A stretch of DNA of 64,000 bases, taken from the NCBI RefSeq assembly GCF_009914755.1, contig NC_060928.1, one strand, 5' to 3'. Under the pieces are notes generated by a model, which saw nothing but the letters and a program-made list of their open reading frames with translations, searched no databases and had not been told where the DNA came from. This DNA is from the human T2T-CHM13v2.0 reference genome, Homo sapiens. Shown piece by piece: positions 31,213-42,261 of this stretch (the stretch's first letter is position 1; each line of letters begins with the position of its first letter). A program made the position numbers and the translations under genes.

Positions 31213-31397
31213 GTGACTTTTATTGTAGAGATTCGGTTATTGTTGAATGGAAACGTGATGAGTAAGAGTTTGGATTAACTGTAAACTCACTTTTAACTCT
31301 TCTATTGATTAGAGATTTTTATTTCCTTTAGAGATACGTATTAGAGCAATTGTTAATCTTACTCTATATGCATGTGTTTTATTTTTGTTCTTTTTAG

Positions 31398-31595
31398 AAT
31401 GGCTATACTCCGTTACATATTGCTGCCAAGAAGAATCAAATGCAGATAGCTTCCACACTCCTGAACTATGGAGCAGAGACAAACATTGTGACAAAGCAAG
31501 GAGTAACTCCACTCCATCTGGCCTCGCAGGAGGGGCACACAGATATGGTTACCTTGCTTCTGGATAAGGGAGCCAATATCCACATGTCAACTAAG
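31398..31595 (+). CDS. ANK2: ANK2 exon 18, two ankyrin repeats [14 protein letters not shown]...GANIHMSTK
   Basis: tttAG|AAT...AAG|GTattc; 198 nt. Confidence 0.97.
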
Positions 31596-33889
31596 GTATT
31601 CTGTCCTTTCTTGCATCAATCAAGAGTGTTTTGGATGCATGTAAACAGGAACCAATCGCAGACAGTTTGGAACAAAAAGGAGCAATGTATTAAAAAGAAA
31701 CAGGGATATCTTACAGACCCCAAGGACAGGAAGGGAGTCAAGCCTTATGAGAGATTAGAAAACCATAAGGAAGCAAGGGAGAGAGACTCTCTGTATGGCA
31801 ACACTTTGGCTTCTTGACTTTTCTATGCAAGTCAGTTTCATTCATCTCTACATCCCCGCTTTCCTTGCTTTTCTCTGTGTGTCTAAAGAGGCTACCCTGT
31901 AGCTCCCAATGTTAACATCACTATAATTGCTCCAGTGTCTGCTGCTCCTCATTCTAAATTTCATATGTATAGAGAGAGAAAGAATGCTTCCATCTGGGGT
32001 TTAGCTTAAACAACTGCCTCTAAACTGGCAGGCCGATGTTCACCACCCAAGGCATTCTTTAGTCCTGCTGGGCATCTGAGGCACCTATGGATAGGAGAGA
32101 GGAAACTCAATAAAATACAGATTTTTTTCCATCAACGTAGGCCTAGCTTGAGAGGTTTGGTGGTGGTGGTGAGAAAATCATTTTTTTTTAATAAAGCACA
32201 TCAGTCATTTTAGCCTTTCTCCAGGGACTGGCCTCTATAGACCTCCGCATTAATTATAATACAATGGCAGTCAAAGATATAATGGAAAAATATTCAAATA
32301 TAAAAATATATATTTTTACAAGTATATGTCTTTTGATACATCTATCCATCCATCTACATAAAGACCTATAGATCCATCTATCTAACTTTCTATCTTACAC
32401 TTATATATATGCTGCTATAGCCAGCTGCTGAGAAACACAGAATTGGAAACTGTATTTATTAAGTTGGTCTGTCATTTGATGTCTTGATGCTTTTTGTAAT
32501 ACATTATATGAGCTTAGTGAAAATTACGTTTCTTAGCTCCTTCCATAAATATACAAATACTCTATGTTTTCTACATTTCATTGTTAGTTGGTACTTTTAA
32601 AGTATCAGTGATAAGTTGGTCTTAATGACATTTGTAAATAGGTTATGTAGCATGCATCCTTCAGGAAGAGCTATGAAACAGGCAGATTGCCTTGAATACT
32701 TCTGCAGTCCTAGTCTATTTTCTTGTCACTCAGAAGTGTTCCTGTACATCCCCTGCCCTTACGTACTTCTCTGGCCTTTATAAAAAGTCCCCACAAATCC
32801 TTTTTTAAAGCACGATGAGAGCAAATTATAGGGTTAGTCTTCCAAAGGATAGTTGCATTTTTATAAGAACGAACACGATAAAGCCTTATAGTGAAATTCC
32901 GTGTATCAGATGGACAATCATTACAGTCTAGGGCATGGGCGTCCTTGTGACTGTTGACGTCATGTCATTCAGGTGGTCATTTACCCTGTTGGAGAAAATG
33001 TGATCATGAAGCATAGAATATTTTATTTAGTATTAGTGTATGAAGGGGGCATGTGTTTACTCTATTAATAACAAATAAATCTTCATTTGAAAATCAGCCA
33101 AAGAAATCCATAAACAATTCAGCAGTATTTTGAGTAGGATTAAAATTCCAGATAGTTCATGAAACTGATCTTACAGTGCTTCTGATGGTGTTATTTTTAA
33201 TTTATAAAAATGACAAGTACATATCTGAAATCAGTTCACTATGTCCTCCTTTACGGTATTCTTCTAAATACATTACTTTCTTTGACAGCGTTTTATCAGT
33301 TAGCAAACATTTAAGGAGTATTTTTTAGTTGCACACTCAGCAATGAAGAAAAACATTCAATTTTGAATCACAAAGTAATTTTGTTATCTTTATAACAATG
33401 ATTTCAGTATTACATGTGAGTGGTGTCCTAAACACATAGTATGTTTATCACTAGAGTAAAACTTTAGTAAGTTTACACAGATATATCTGAATAATAATAC
33501 AATATACAAAATTTACATAAAACATATAACCTTGCCTTTTGGTTAGAATTATAAGATAATGCAACTATAAAAATATCTCAGATAAGCAGCAAAACTGATA
33601 AAATAATTTCCCATTGCTTTTGAAGAAAACATATATTCTTTTCTTTTTAAGGCCAACTCAATAATTTCATAGTCTCCAAATGATTATTTCACATTAGGAA
33701 CTATAATATAGAAGTGATATTATAATCATTGTCCAAACACCATCTATCATAAAATAAAACCAAAAAAGATCCGTCGTTGGGTCCACCAGTGTGTCTTAGG
33801 AAATAAATTACTTTTTTTGAAAAGAACTTCAACACTTTCTATTTTCTTGATTTATTAGAAAAGTTTTTTTTTTTTTTCCAGAAACCTTT

Positions 33890-34672
33890 CAAACAGTGTT
33901 TTTCCTCTATTCTCACACCTACCACACAACAATCATCAACACAGAAGACTTCTGTGACCAAATGCGGAGAGGTTTTCCCCACATACCAAGCAGCACACAC
34001 CAGCTGGTGTCCTCCAATTCAGTTCTAACACTGTCTATCTGGAGAGAGTGTTAGATCCCTTCAGTTGAGGGCTCAGTCCCCAAGACTGCCCTCTGCACAG
34101 ACACCAATCACAAGTCTGGGCCTCTGAACTTCTGACCTACTGGCTTCAAGTTGGGGTTCCCAGGACACTCCCTTTGAGTTCCATTAATTCACTGGAGTGG
34201 CTCACAGAGCTCACAGAAACACTTACATTCACAGTGCTTACAGTTTCTTATAAAGGCTATTACAAAGGATGAAGATGAGGAGACACATAGGGCAAGGTAT
34301 GAGGGAAGGCACACAGCTTCCATGCCCTTCCTGGGTGCACCACCCTCCACAAGGAAGCTCCAAGTGTTCAGCTATCCAGAAGCTCCCCGAGCCCTGTCCT
34401 CTGGAATTTATGGAAGCTTCATGATGTCAGCATTCATTCCCCCAGGATATAGGATGGGACTGTCTCTCTCAGGAGGGTCTTATGATCCACAAATGCTGGG
34501 AGGGAAGATTAGAGCCTAGCCTTAGGGAAAGTGAAAGGAGGCCGGGGGAAGGTGGGAGATATTTTGTTTCCTGAGGCCTGGCCCTGAGGCCTAAAACGCA
34601 CAACGTTATAACAAAAGACTGTAATAACGGCTATGGGAGTTATGAGACAGCAACTGTGGACAAAAACCTATA
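33890..34672 (-). mobile_element. MER21-family LTR
   Basis: CACAGAAGACTTCTGTGACCAAATG, GAGGGCTCAGTCCCCAAGACTGCCC and CTATGGGAGTTATGAG motifs. Confidence 0.75.
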
Positions 34673-36327
34673 TTCACTGCAGTTTACATCCTTTGATTTG
34701 GATATGCAAGTTTACCACAATAAACTGCAGAGATTTTCATACTGGTTGTTAGTTTGTAATCTTGCATTGCAGAAAATCCATTCTGCAAATAGAGCAGAAA
34801 AAAGCACACATATTTAAAAGTCATCAAAAATGTCTTTGAGATTTGATGATCACTTCATGTGATGATCACTTCAATAACATTTTTAAACAGACTATCTCTG
34901 TAAAGAGAAATATTCTGTTTGTTATTTTAGTAAGGAGAAAATTAAGAAAGAATCTTGTTTTATCCTAATATTCACATTTTTTATACATTAGGATTAAATA
35001 ATATTTGTTTAGAAGTGAAGAAAATTTTAATAGAAAAGGATACACCTTCTATCTCACCCTGTGTTTTACGAAACTCAAAGTTGAGCTCACCCAGAGCTCT
35101 CAGGATTAAAAAGCTCCAGGCCCACAAGGAAAAAGCCTCCTCTCACGTTGTAGAATGGTTTTCTCTCTCTAGGTTTCACTTACATTTTTGAAATAAGGTC
35201 AGTGTCCTTTTTGATTTCCAGAAGTAGCACCATGGCTGGAGATCATGAATTTTGAAGAACATGGCTTAGCTTTCTCAGCCTAAGTGCTAATGCAGGAGAG
35301 TGGGCCTGAAAAGTTGTGGTCAACAGGGCTGGTCAATTTTAATCAGATGTGAACTGGGGAAGAGGTGCTGACTCAGAGCCCAGGTAGCCACCTCAGTCTA
35401 TAGCTGCAGGATGTCCAGGAAGAGCATAAATATACTAGGCATTTGAACAATAGTGAGGGGAGAGAAATATACAGTATAAATATACTGTAGGCTAGAATGT
35501 AAGCTCCATAAAGACAGAAACTTTTGTTCACTGCTGTATTCAAGTGCCTAGAATATGAACACTTCATGACATATGAAACATACTCAAGAAAACACCCGTA
35601 AACATGTAAGGCTACCAGAGTGTGACATTGGCTGAATAAGCCACTTTCCCCCATCTTTTCTCCATGCCTTTCTTTTTTTATTATTAATTCATAACTGTAC
35701 CTTAATTGGATATTCAAATAATTACTTGATGTATATATACCAAACATGTTGCATAAAGCTGAGCAGTTGATGGTGCTGTATAAATAATGAGGTTACTTTA
35801 AGGTAATGTTTAGAGGAACCTCCTGAAAAGTATACCCTCTTTGGGTGCTGGAGAAAGTTTTTCTGAACTCATTTCCTGTAACTGTCCATTTTTTACACTG
35901 ATGTGATATTTTGTTGATAAAATATAGATGATTATTATGCTTATAAAATAGGTGTAATAGTTGGTTGATCAGCTATTTAAATAAATAAGTTGATACAGCG
36001 GGACATCCAGATGGATTTGAAATACATGCCATTTGAAAGCTTATTGGCTGTGCTATTTTAAAGTCTCACATCATAATATAAGAACCCATTATAGAAAATA
36101 GAAAATGTAATTTGCCTGATGTGTTGATTGACTTAGAGGACATGTCTTAGAGGAAACACCATTAATTTAGAGAGTTTGCCTTGAATATCAGAAGATATAG
36201 TTTCTGGGAAGAGGCTATGAGTTTTCCAGGATATTTTCAATATTTTCAATATTTTTTCATAATATTATAGATGATGCAATGTATTTTCTTCTTCAACTGT
36301 ATCCCTTTGGTTCCATTCTTTCTGTAG

Positions 36328-36426
36328 AGTGGACTCACATCCTTACACCTTGCAGCCCAGGAAGATAAAGTGAATGTTGCTGATATTCTCACCAAGCATG
36401 GAGCTGATCAGGATGCTCATACAAAG
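36328..36426 (+). CDS. ANK2: ANK2 exon 19, [33 protein letters not shown]
   Basis: tgtAG|AGT...AAG|GTaaag; 99 nt. Confidence 0.97.
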
Positions 36427-37110
36427 GTAAAGCAAATCACTCTCAGTATTGTGACAGGTTCTGGCTGGGATGATTCCCAGTAGCCCCCATTCGGGTCACC
36501 CCATGTCCAGGGTCTTCCCTCCTCAAGAGTCCATTCTGAAATATAAACTAATCATAACCCTCTCCTATGCACAAATCTATGGTGGCTCCCCATTTTTTGC
36601 TAGAATCAAGTCCAGTGGATAGCATGAGGTCAGGACCCTTTGCAGGAAGACTCCAATTTTGCAGCCTTAAGTCTATCCTCTCTCTTACTGCTTTAGCTAG
36701 TTCACATGACTTGCTGCGTTCCTCTTCTATTTGCTCATCTCCATGCCCTTGGTCTGGAAATGGATTTTCCCTCTCTATGCCATAAAATTCTTACCCATTC
36801 TTTAAGCCTGCTGTAGCTACATGTTTCCTGCATCTCCTATCAGAGTCATTCTGTCTTTGCTGTTTTCAGATATTATTTATGCCTCTCTCTTAGTTCTTTG
36901 CAGATTTTGTCACCCACATCTGATCTCTCTTGCTGATATGAAGTTCCCTGTGGTCAGGGGCACATATATAATCTGCTAAATAATATCTTTAGTCAAATGG
37001 AATCCTATAATAACTGATACTCTACCCAGTCCTTCTCCTCTGGGGTATTAACCACTAGAGTAGTAAAGTTTCTACTTTATCTATTTTTAACTTTTTATTA
37101 TTATTTACAG

Positions 37111-37209
37111 CTTGGTTACACACCTTTAATTGTGGCCTGTCACTATGGAAATGTGAAAATGGTCAACTTTCTTCTGAAGCAGGGAGCAAATGTTAACGCA
37201 AAAACCAAG
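37111..37209 (+). CDS. ANK2: ANK2 exon 20, [33 protein letters not shown]
   Basis: tacAG|CTT...AAG|GTaaag; 99 nt. Confidence 0.97.
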
Positions 37210-37933
37210 GTAAAGTACTTGTGGTCATTTTCAATTCCTATAAGCAAAAAGGTTCAGCCATCTGGATGCTTCACTAGTTTACCAAAGCTACAAGTGTATT
37301 TTTTTCTTCCTTTTTAGTTCTAAAGTGATTTTGACGAGGTGATGTAGTTTTGTAATTATTTGAGAATTTTCATTCTAATAACTTTGACATCCATGAAGGT
37401 TAGCTTCGAACTACTTCTATTATAAAGTTAAAGTAGCTGACATCGATTTAACAACTTACTGCAGGATACAATAGATGCCGGCTAGAACATCTTGATGTTC
37501 TGGCAGATTTCCTTTACATTGTTTCAGTGGCTTGGCCCCCCTCCCCTGACCCCTTCTCCTCTCATGAAGAAATACAGACAGTCAGCCTAGACTGCGTGCC
37601 TTTCATTTTTAATGAACTCTGTCACATTCAGAACATCACATGGACATGCTCAGTGAGGCAATAATGTATAAGGCCTGGGCTGGAAGTTCTCAAGGATAAT
37701 GCAGAGCTGACTTGATCCCAGCAGTTTCCCCAGTGGCATTTGAAAGGTCCTATTCAGCAAAGCAAGGTTGGAACATAACACTTTACTTCGTGCACTCAAT
37801 GTGGTTCAAGGTGAATAGAAGTTCATATTGTAACTGTGGCTATTATGCATACTATAACTTGCAGCTCCAAGTTCTTTGATCCAAAGAAATATTTGTTTGC
37901 ACATTTATTTAAGTTCATATATCAGAAATTTCT

Positions 37934-38233
37934 TTTTCTTTTTTTTTTTTTTTTTTAAGACAGGGTCTTACTCTGTTGCCCAGGCTGGAAAGCAATGGCA
38001 CGATCAGAGCTCACTGCAGTCTAGAACCTGGGCTCAAGTCATTCTCTTGCCTCAGGACTGGCTAGGACTATAGGTGCATGACACCATGCCCGGCTAATTT
38101 TTAAAAGTTTTTGTAGAGATGAGGTTTCACTGTGTTGCCTAGGCTGGTCTCGAACTCCTGGGCTCAAGCGAAATTCTCCCACCTTGGCCAACCAAAGTGC
38201 TGGGATTACAAGTGTGAGCCACCAAGCCTGGCC
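37934..38233 (-). mobile_element. AluJ
   Basis: poly-T head, dimer; TSD CAGAAATTTCT. Confidence 0.88.
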
Positions 38234-40806
38234 CAGAAATTTCTGACTGCAGCTATTTGAATGGGCTCAAGTAAATTAGTGTGAGCACATTCAGGACTTT
38301 TCAAAGCCATCATTCAAGATTCTATAAATTAAAAATATACAGAAGTTTTATAAGTCAGTCTTTATATTCTCTTAGAAGCAGAAACAAAATCATTTCTATA
38401 CATAAGCATGTTTATAGCTAATTTAAAATAAACTTATTTTTAAACTATAAATAATACTATTAACATTTAAGATTTAAACTTATAATCTTACTCTAGCAAG
38501 AATAGCTTGCTGCCTAGTTTCTGACCAGTTCTTAAGTTCTCATGAAATTGAACTTTGAGACTTATTTAAAGCCTCTAATATGAATTCTCAGGCATTAGCT
38601 CCTAAAGCCTTTTCTGATGAGCCAGCTCCCATATAAGCACTCCAGGAAAGACATTTTGGTTGGAATCCAAGTATTCTCTTGAAATGAACAAATGCAACAG
38701 TACAGTGAGATGTTGGCAGGGCTTGAAAATGCTTATCATATTTTTAAATGTTTCATTGTTGAAATGGTTATAATATTTAGTAGGCAAACACTATATTGTC
38801 TAGAGAATATCAATGGTCTCCCTGGAGTTTGACCTGCACTGAATGAAGATTTGATTGAAAGAAAAATCTCATTTTATCATTTCAGTTTTTTTTGTTTTTT
38901 TTTTTTTAAGTGAACTAAGTTGCTTGCAGTGTTACATTTGGAACCATATATCTTTAGGGAAATAGATACAAACCTCAAAGGACAGTCTTTTAATAAACTC
39001 TTCAGATTTTTTTTCACATGAAAATGACATCTTTGGGAAAGGAATTAGGTTTTCTTCCTCATATCTTATGTGTAGCTGTAGTTACTAAAAATGGATTCAT
39101 TGCTTTAAAAATGTAAACATATACATTAACTTTACTCTGTAAACTCTCATGATGTGGTATAAAAGATTTGGCAAAATTAACTTGTTTTATAAGACTATTT
39201 GTTGCTTAAAATTAGAATGAAACCCTGTTATAGCAACTTGGGACGAACCAGACCTGGTTAATCATATATTTAATTTGTGAAGAGGGTTTAGAACAGCACA
39301 TGAAAAAAATTGTATTTATTAAAGACACTGTGAAGATTATAGAGCTCTTCAATTAGAAAAACAAACAAACAAACAAACAGAATGAAAACAACACCACCAA
39401 AGTGATTGCTAAAATTTTGAAAGCTAGAAAATAAAACATATTCATGAACAACTTATCTTATCCTTCATCAAACTTGAAATCTTGGCCATTTCCATTTTTC
39501 AAATGAGGAAACTGGGGCTTAGAGAGGATTAAGGGTTTGCAAATGATTGGTAGCACTGGGTCTAGAGCTCCTAGCCAGATGGGCCTATGACAGTGGATTA
39601 AGAATCAACCAAATGTTTACGTAAACACTTCTGAATTGCTCCAGACTTCCCTGGCAAATATCCTCACTGGGGATTTCAGGTAAAGGTTAGATTAAATCAG
39701 GGCTGGGGAACATTTTTGTGGCCACAATGTCCACTGATCTATTGAGGGCAAGAACGTTGCTTTGGCATTATTAATTTACATATATTTATAGATAATTTAG
39801 GTTTGTTTATATATTATAGTGATATATTATTTTATTAATTTACATGCTAAGTTATTTAGCACATAGTGTGTGATTAGTAAATGCTTGTTGAATGAATTAA
39901 CTTGGCTGATACTGAAAAGATGAACTAAATTCAATGGATTTAATGGATGTAAACACAACAAAAAGGAAGAATTTTTACAAAAAGAAGTATCGCTTAGTGT
40001 ATTCTCCTCAAATGTCCATGGATTATCTGATTTGACCGCAGAGTCCCTGTAATAGCCAAAGGCTTCTTGGAGTCCCTGTAATTGATTTATATTTTCAGGT
40101 TTCCTGGGGTCATCCCATTGTAGGGATTTATAAGGAGATGTAAGACTTCCAACATGACAGAGTTGAGGATGTGCCACACTTAGAGACACTTAGGTAACCC
40201 TGATACATGTGGGCATGTTCCTATGGGCAGACAGAGTGCAGTGAATTTATAAAGAAATCATGTAGCACCCACATCTATAGTAGACAGAACAAGCAAATAT
40301 GTATGTTGCTCACAGGGCAGCAGTGACATTGGATGAAAGGGGTATGTACACTTAAAAGCTTAGAGTATGAAAGGGCCACTCAGAACTTAGAGCCCAGGAC
40401 AACTGGGTCTGAAACATATAGATAAAATTTTATGAGAAGTGAAGCAGGTGGATTTTAATAAATAATAGCCATTGTCTGGTAGCCATTGGCTGTCATAGTC
40501 TTCTGCACAGGATCTGAACCTCGCCCGATTGTGGAGAAATTACTTAACTTTCTTATTTTCAGTTTCATCACGTCTGAAATGGGGAGAAAAGCTGTTCTTG
40601 GAAAGGAATATAAGATTTAGATTTACTTTCAATGATTTAGAATCCCTAAAGCTAAGCCAAAGGTTAATTATTAGGAGAGTCATGATGAACAAGCAGTGGT
40701 TTATATGACCCTCTGCAACCTTCAGTTAAAAACAATTTTAACTCTTGTTTCCCAGGGAAGAAATCACAGATAATGCTGTTTTCTTATTTTAAATCTCTCT
40801 TCTCAG

Positions 40807-40861
40807 CTCAGATGTGAGCAGAAGTCGACTGCACCCACCCCCTTCACCTTCTTAAGGGAGC
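40807..40861 (+). repeat. Copy 1 of a direct-repeat element flanking exon 21
   Basis: CTCAGATGTGAGCA...C-rich...CCTTCTTAAGGGAGC. Confidence 0.85.
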
Positions 40862-41138
40862 CCTCCTTTTTAATGCTAACTGGTTAAAATGTAATAATAG
40901 TTATCATTTGGAGTCTGTTAATCTTGTTTCATCAGCTGGTCTCTTCTCTTTGCTTAGCAGACCATAAGGTGTGAGGGAGTGTTTGCTGCTGAGAAATGGG
41001 TTGCTGATCATCTTGGGCTCCAAATAAAGCATCTGTGATGGTTTTGTTGTAAATAAGACTATTCAAAATGAAGGCTAACCTAATTTTCCTCTCCCTCTGC
41101 CAATCGGGTGCTGGGCCCGCCACCACTGTCCTCCACAG

Positions 41139-41237
41139 AACGGCTACACGCCTTTGCACCAGGCCGCTCAGCAGGGTCACACGCACATCATCAACGTCCT
41201 GCTCCAGCATGGGGCCAAGCCCAACGCCACCACTGCG
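41139..41237 (+). CDS. ANK2: ANK2 exon 21 (cassette exon), [33 protein letters not shown]
   Basis: cacAG|AAC...GCG|GTaagg; 99 nt; GC/CpG-rich with an atypical 3' splice region. The cassette status is from my recollection that ANK2 exon 21 is developmentally regulated and mis-spliced in myotonic dystrophy. Confidence 0.96.
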
Positions 41238-41519
41238 GTAAGGCAGACGCCACTGCCCCTCACCACGCTTTCTTCTTTTTCCTCTCTTGCCCTGGTGGCT
41301 TCTTGTCTGAGCTGAGTGAGGTCAGATTCCTCCTCTTTAAATAAGCCCCCTGGACTCTGGAAAGCCCCAGATTTTTGGGCAGGCTTTCCAGAAGTCAGTG
41401 TGACTTCCCCAGAAGTGCTTGCCCTGGGAGGGAAAGCAGTCAGCCTGACTCTTTGGCTCTCTCTGGAGACGGGGGCCCTCCGCTTGGGCTGCTGGAACGT
41501 GCTCTGCTTACAGCTGGCT

Positions 41520-41566
41520 CTCAGATGTGAGCACAAATTGACCCCCCCTCGCCTTCTTAAGGGAGC
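41520..41566 (+). repeat. Copy 2 of a direct-repeat element flanking exon 21
   Basis: identical 14-nt and 15-nt blocks to copy 1. Confidence 0.85.
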
Positions 41567-42162
41567 ACAGTAAGGGAGCTGCTAGCTTAAACAAAGCTCA
41601 TTGAGTTGTGGAGCCATTGAAATGTAAACTAAGCGGTGCAATTAAACGAACTGGGATCCCGAGTGGCCTGGGTTGGATGCAGCCCGAATTGCTTGCCTGT
41701 GTTATTTTGCTGCACAGTGAGCTTCTGCACAGCTGTAGCTAAATATGTTACCGTGTTCCCGATGGTAACATCTTACCTGCAGCAGATGGCCTGACTTCTG
41801 ATGAGGGATAAGTGTACCTGGTACTTGCTAACAGGTTTTGGAGACGTCATGAGGCACTTTCTTAAGTGCAATACAGTATTTGTAGAAGATATTTGACAAC
41901 CTTAGGGTTAAAGCGTCAAGTGCTTCTTATTAAAAAGAGCAAGCAGATGCAAGCTTGTTGTGTTACCATGGTGACCTGGCCTATAGTCTGAAGAAGTTAC
42001 AAAGACAGATTTAGACGTAATGGTAAAAACTAGTGATTTTCCTAAGCTGTGCCTTGTTTTGGAAGGAAATGCTGGCTGATGCAGAGCAGCGGGTGAGCTC
42101 ATTGGCTCACATCGCAGTCCTCTCTCTTATTTCTCACTCTCTCTCTTTCACTCTCTCTTCAG

Positions 42163-42261
42163 AATGGCAACACTGCCTTGGCGATTGCTAAGCGTCTGGG
42201 CTACATCTCCGTGGTCGACACCCTGAAGGTTGTGACTGAGGAGGTCACCACCACCACCACA
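42163..42261 (+). CDS. ANK2: ANK2 exon 22, last ankyrin repeat [33 protein letters not shown]
   Basis: long CU-rich tract 42119-42160, ttcAG|AAT...ACA|GTgagt; 99 nt. Confidence 0.97.

Noticed and set aside
34844-36262. Short tandem duplications (TGATGATCACTTCA twice at 34844-34873; ATATTTTCA repeats near 36231-36262; also 21660-21715)
   Set aside because: Ordinary slippage-type duplications with no spacer structure; not CRISPR-like or otherwise organised.
40932-41573. Overlapping ORFs on both strands around exon 21 (e.g. 41177..41536 -, 41316..41573 +)
   Set aside because: Explained by locally high GC and the antisense shadow of the exon; no recognisable domain.
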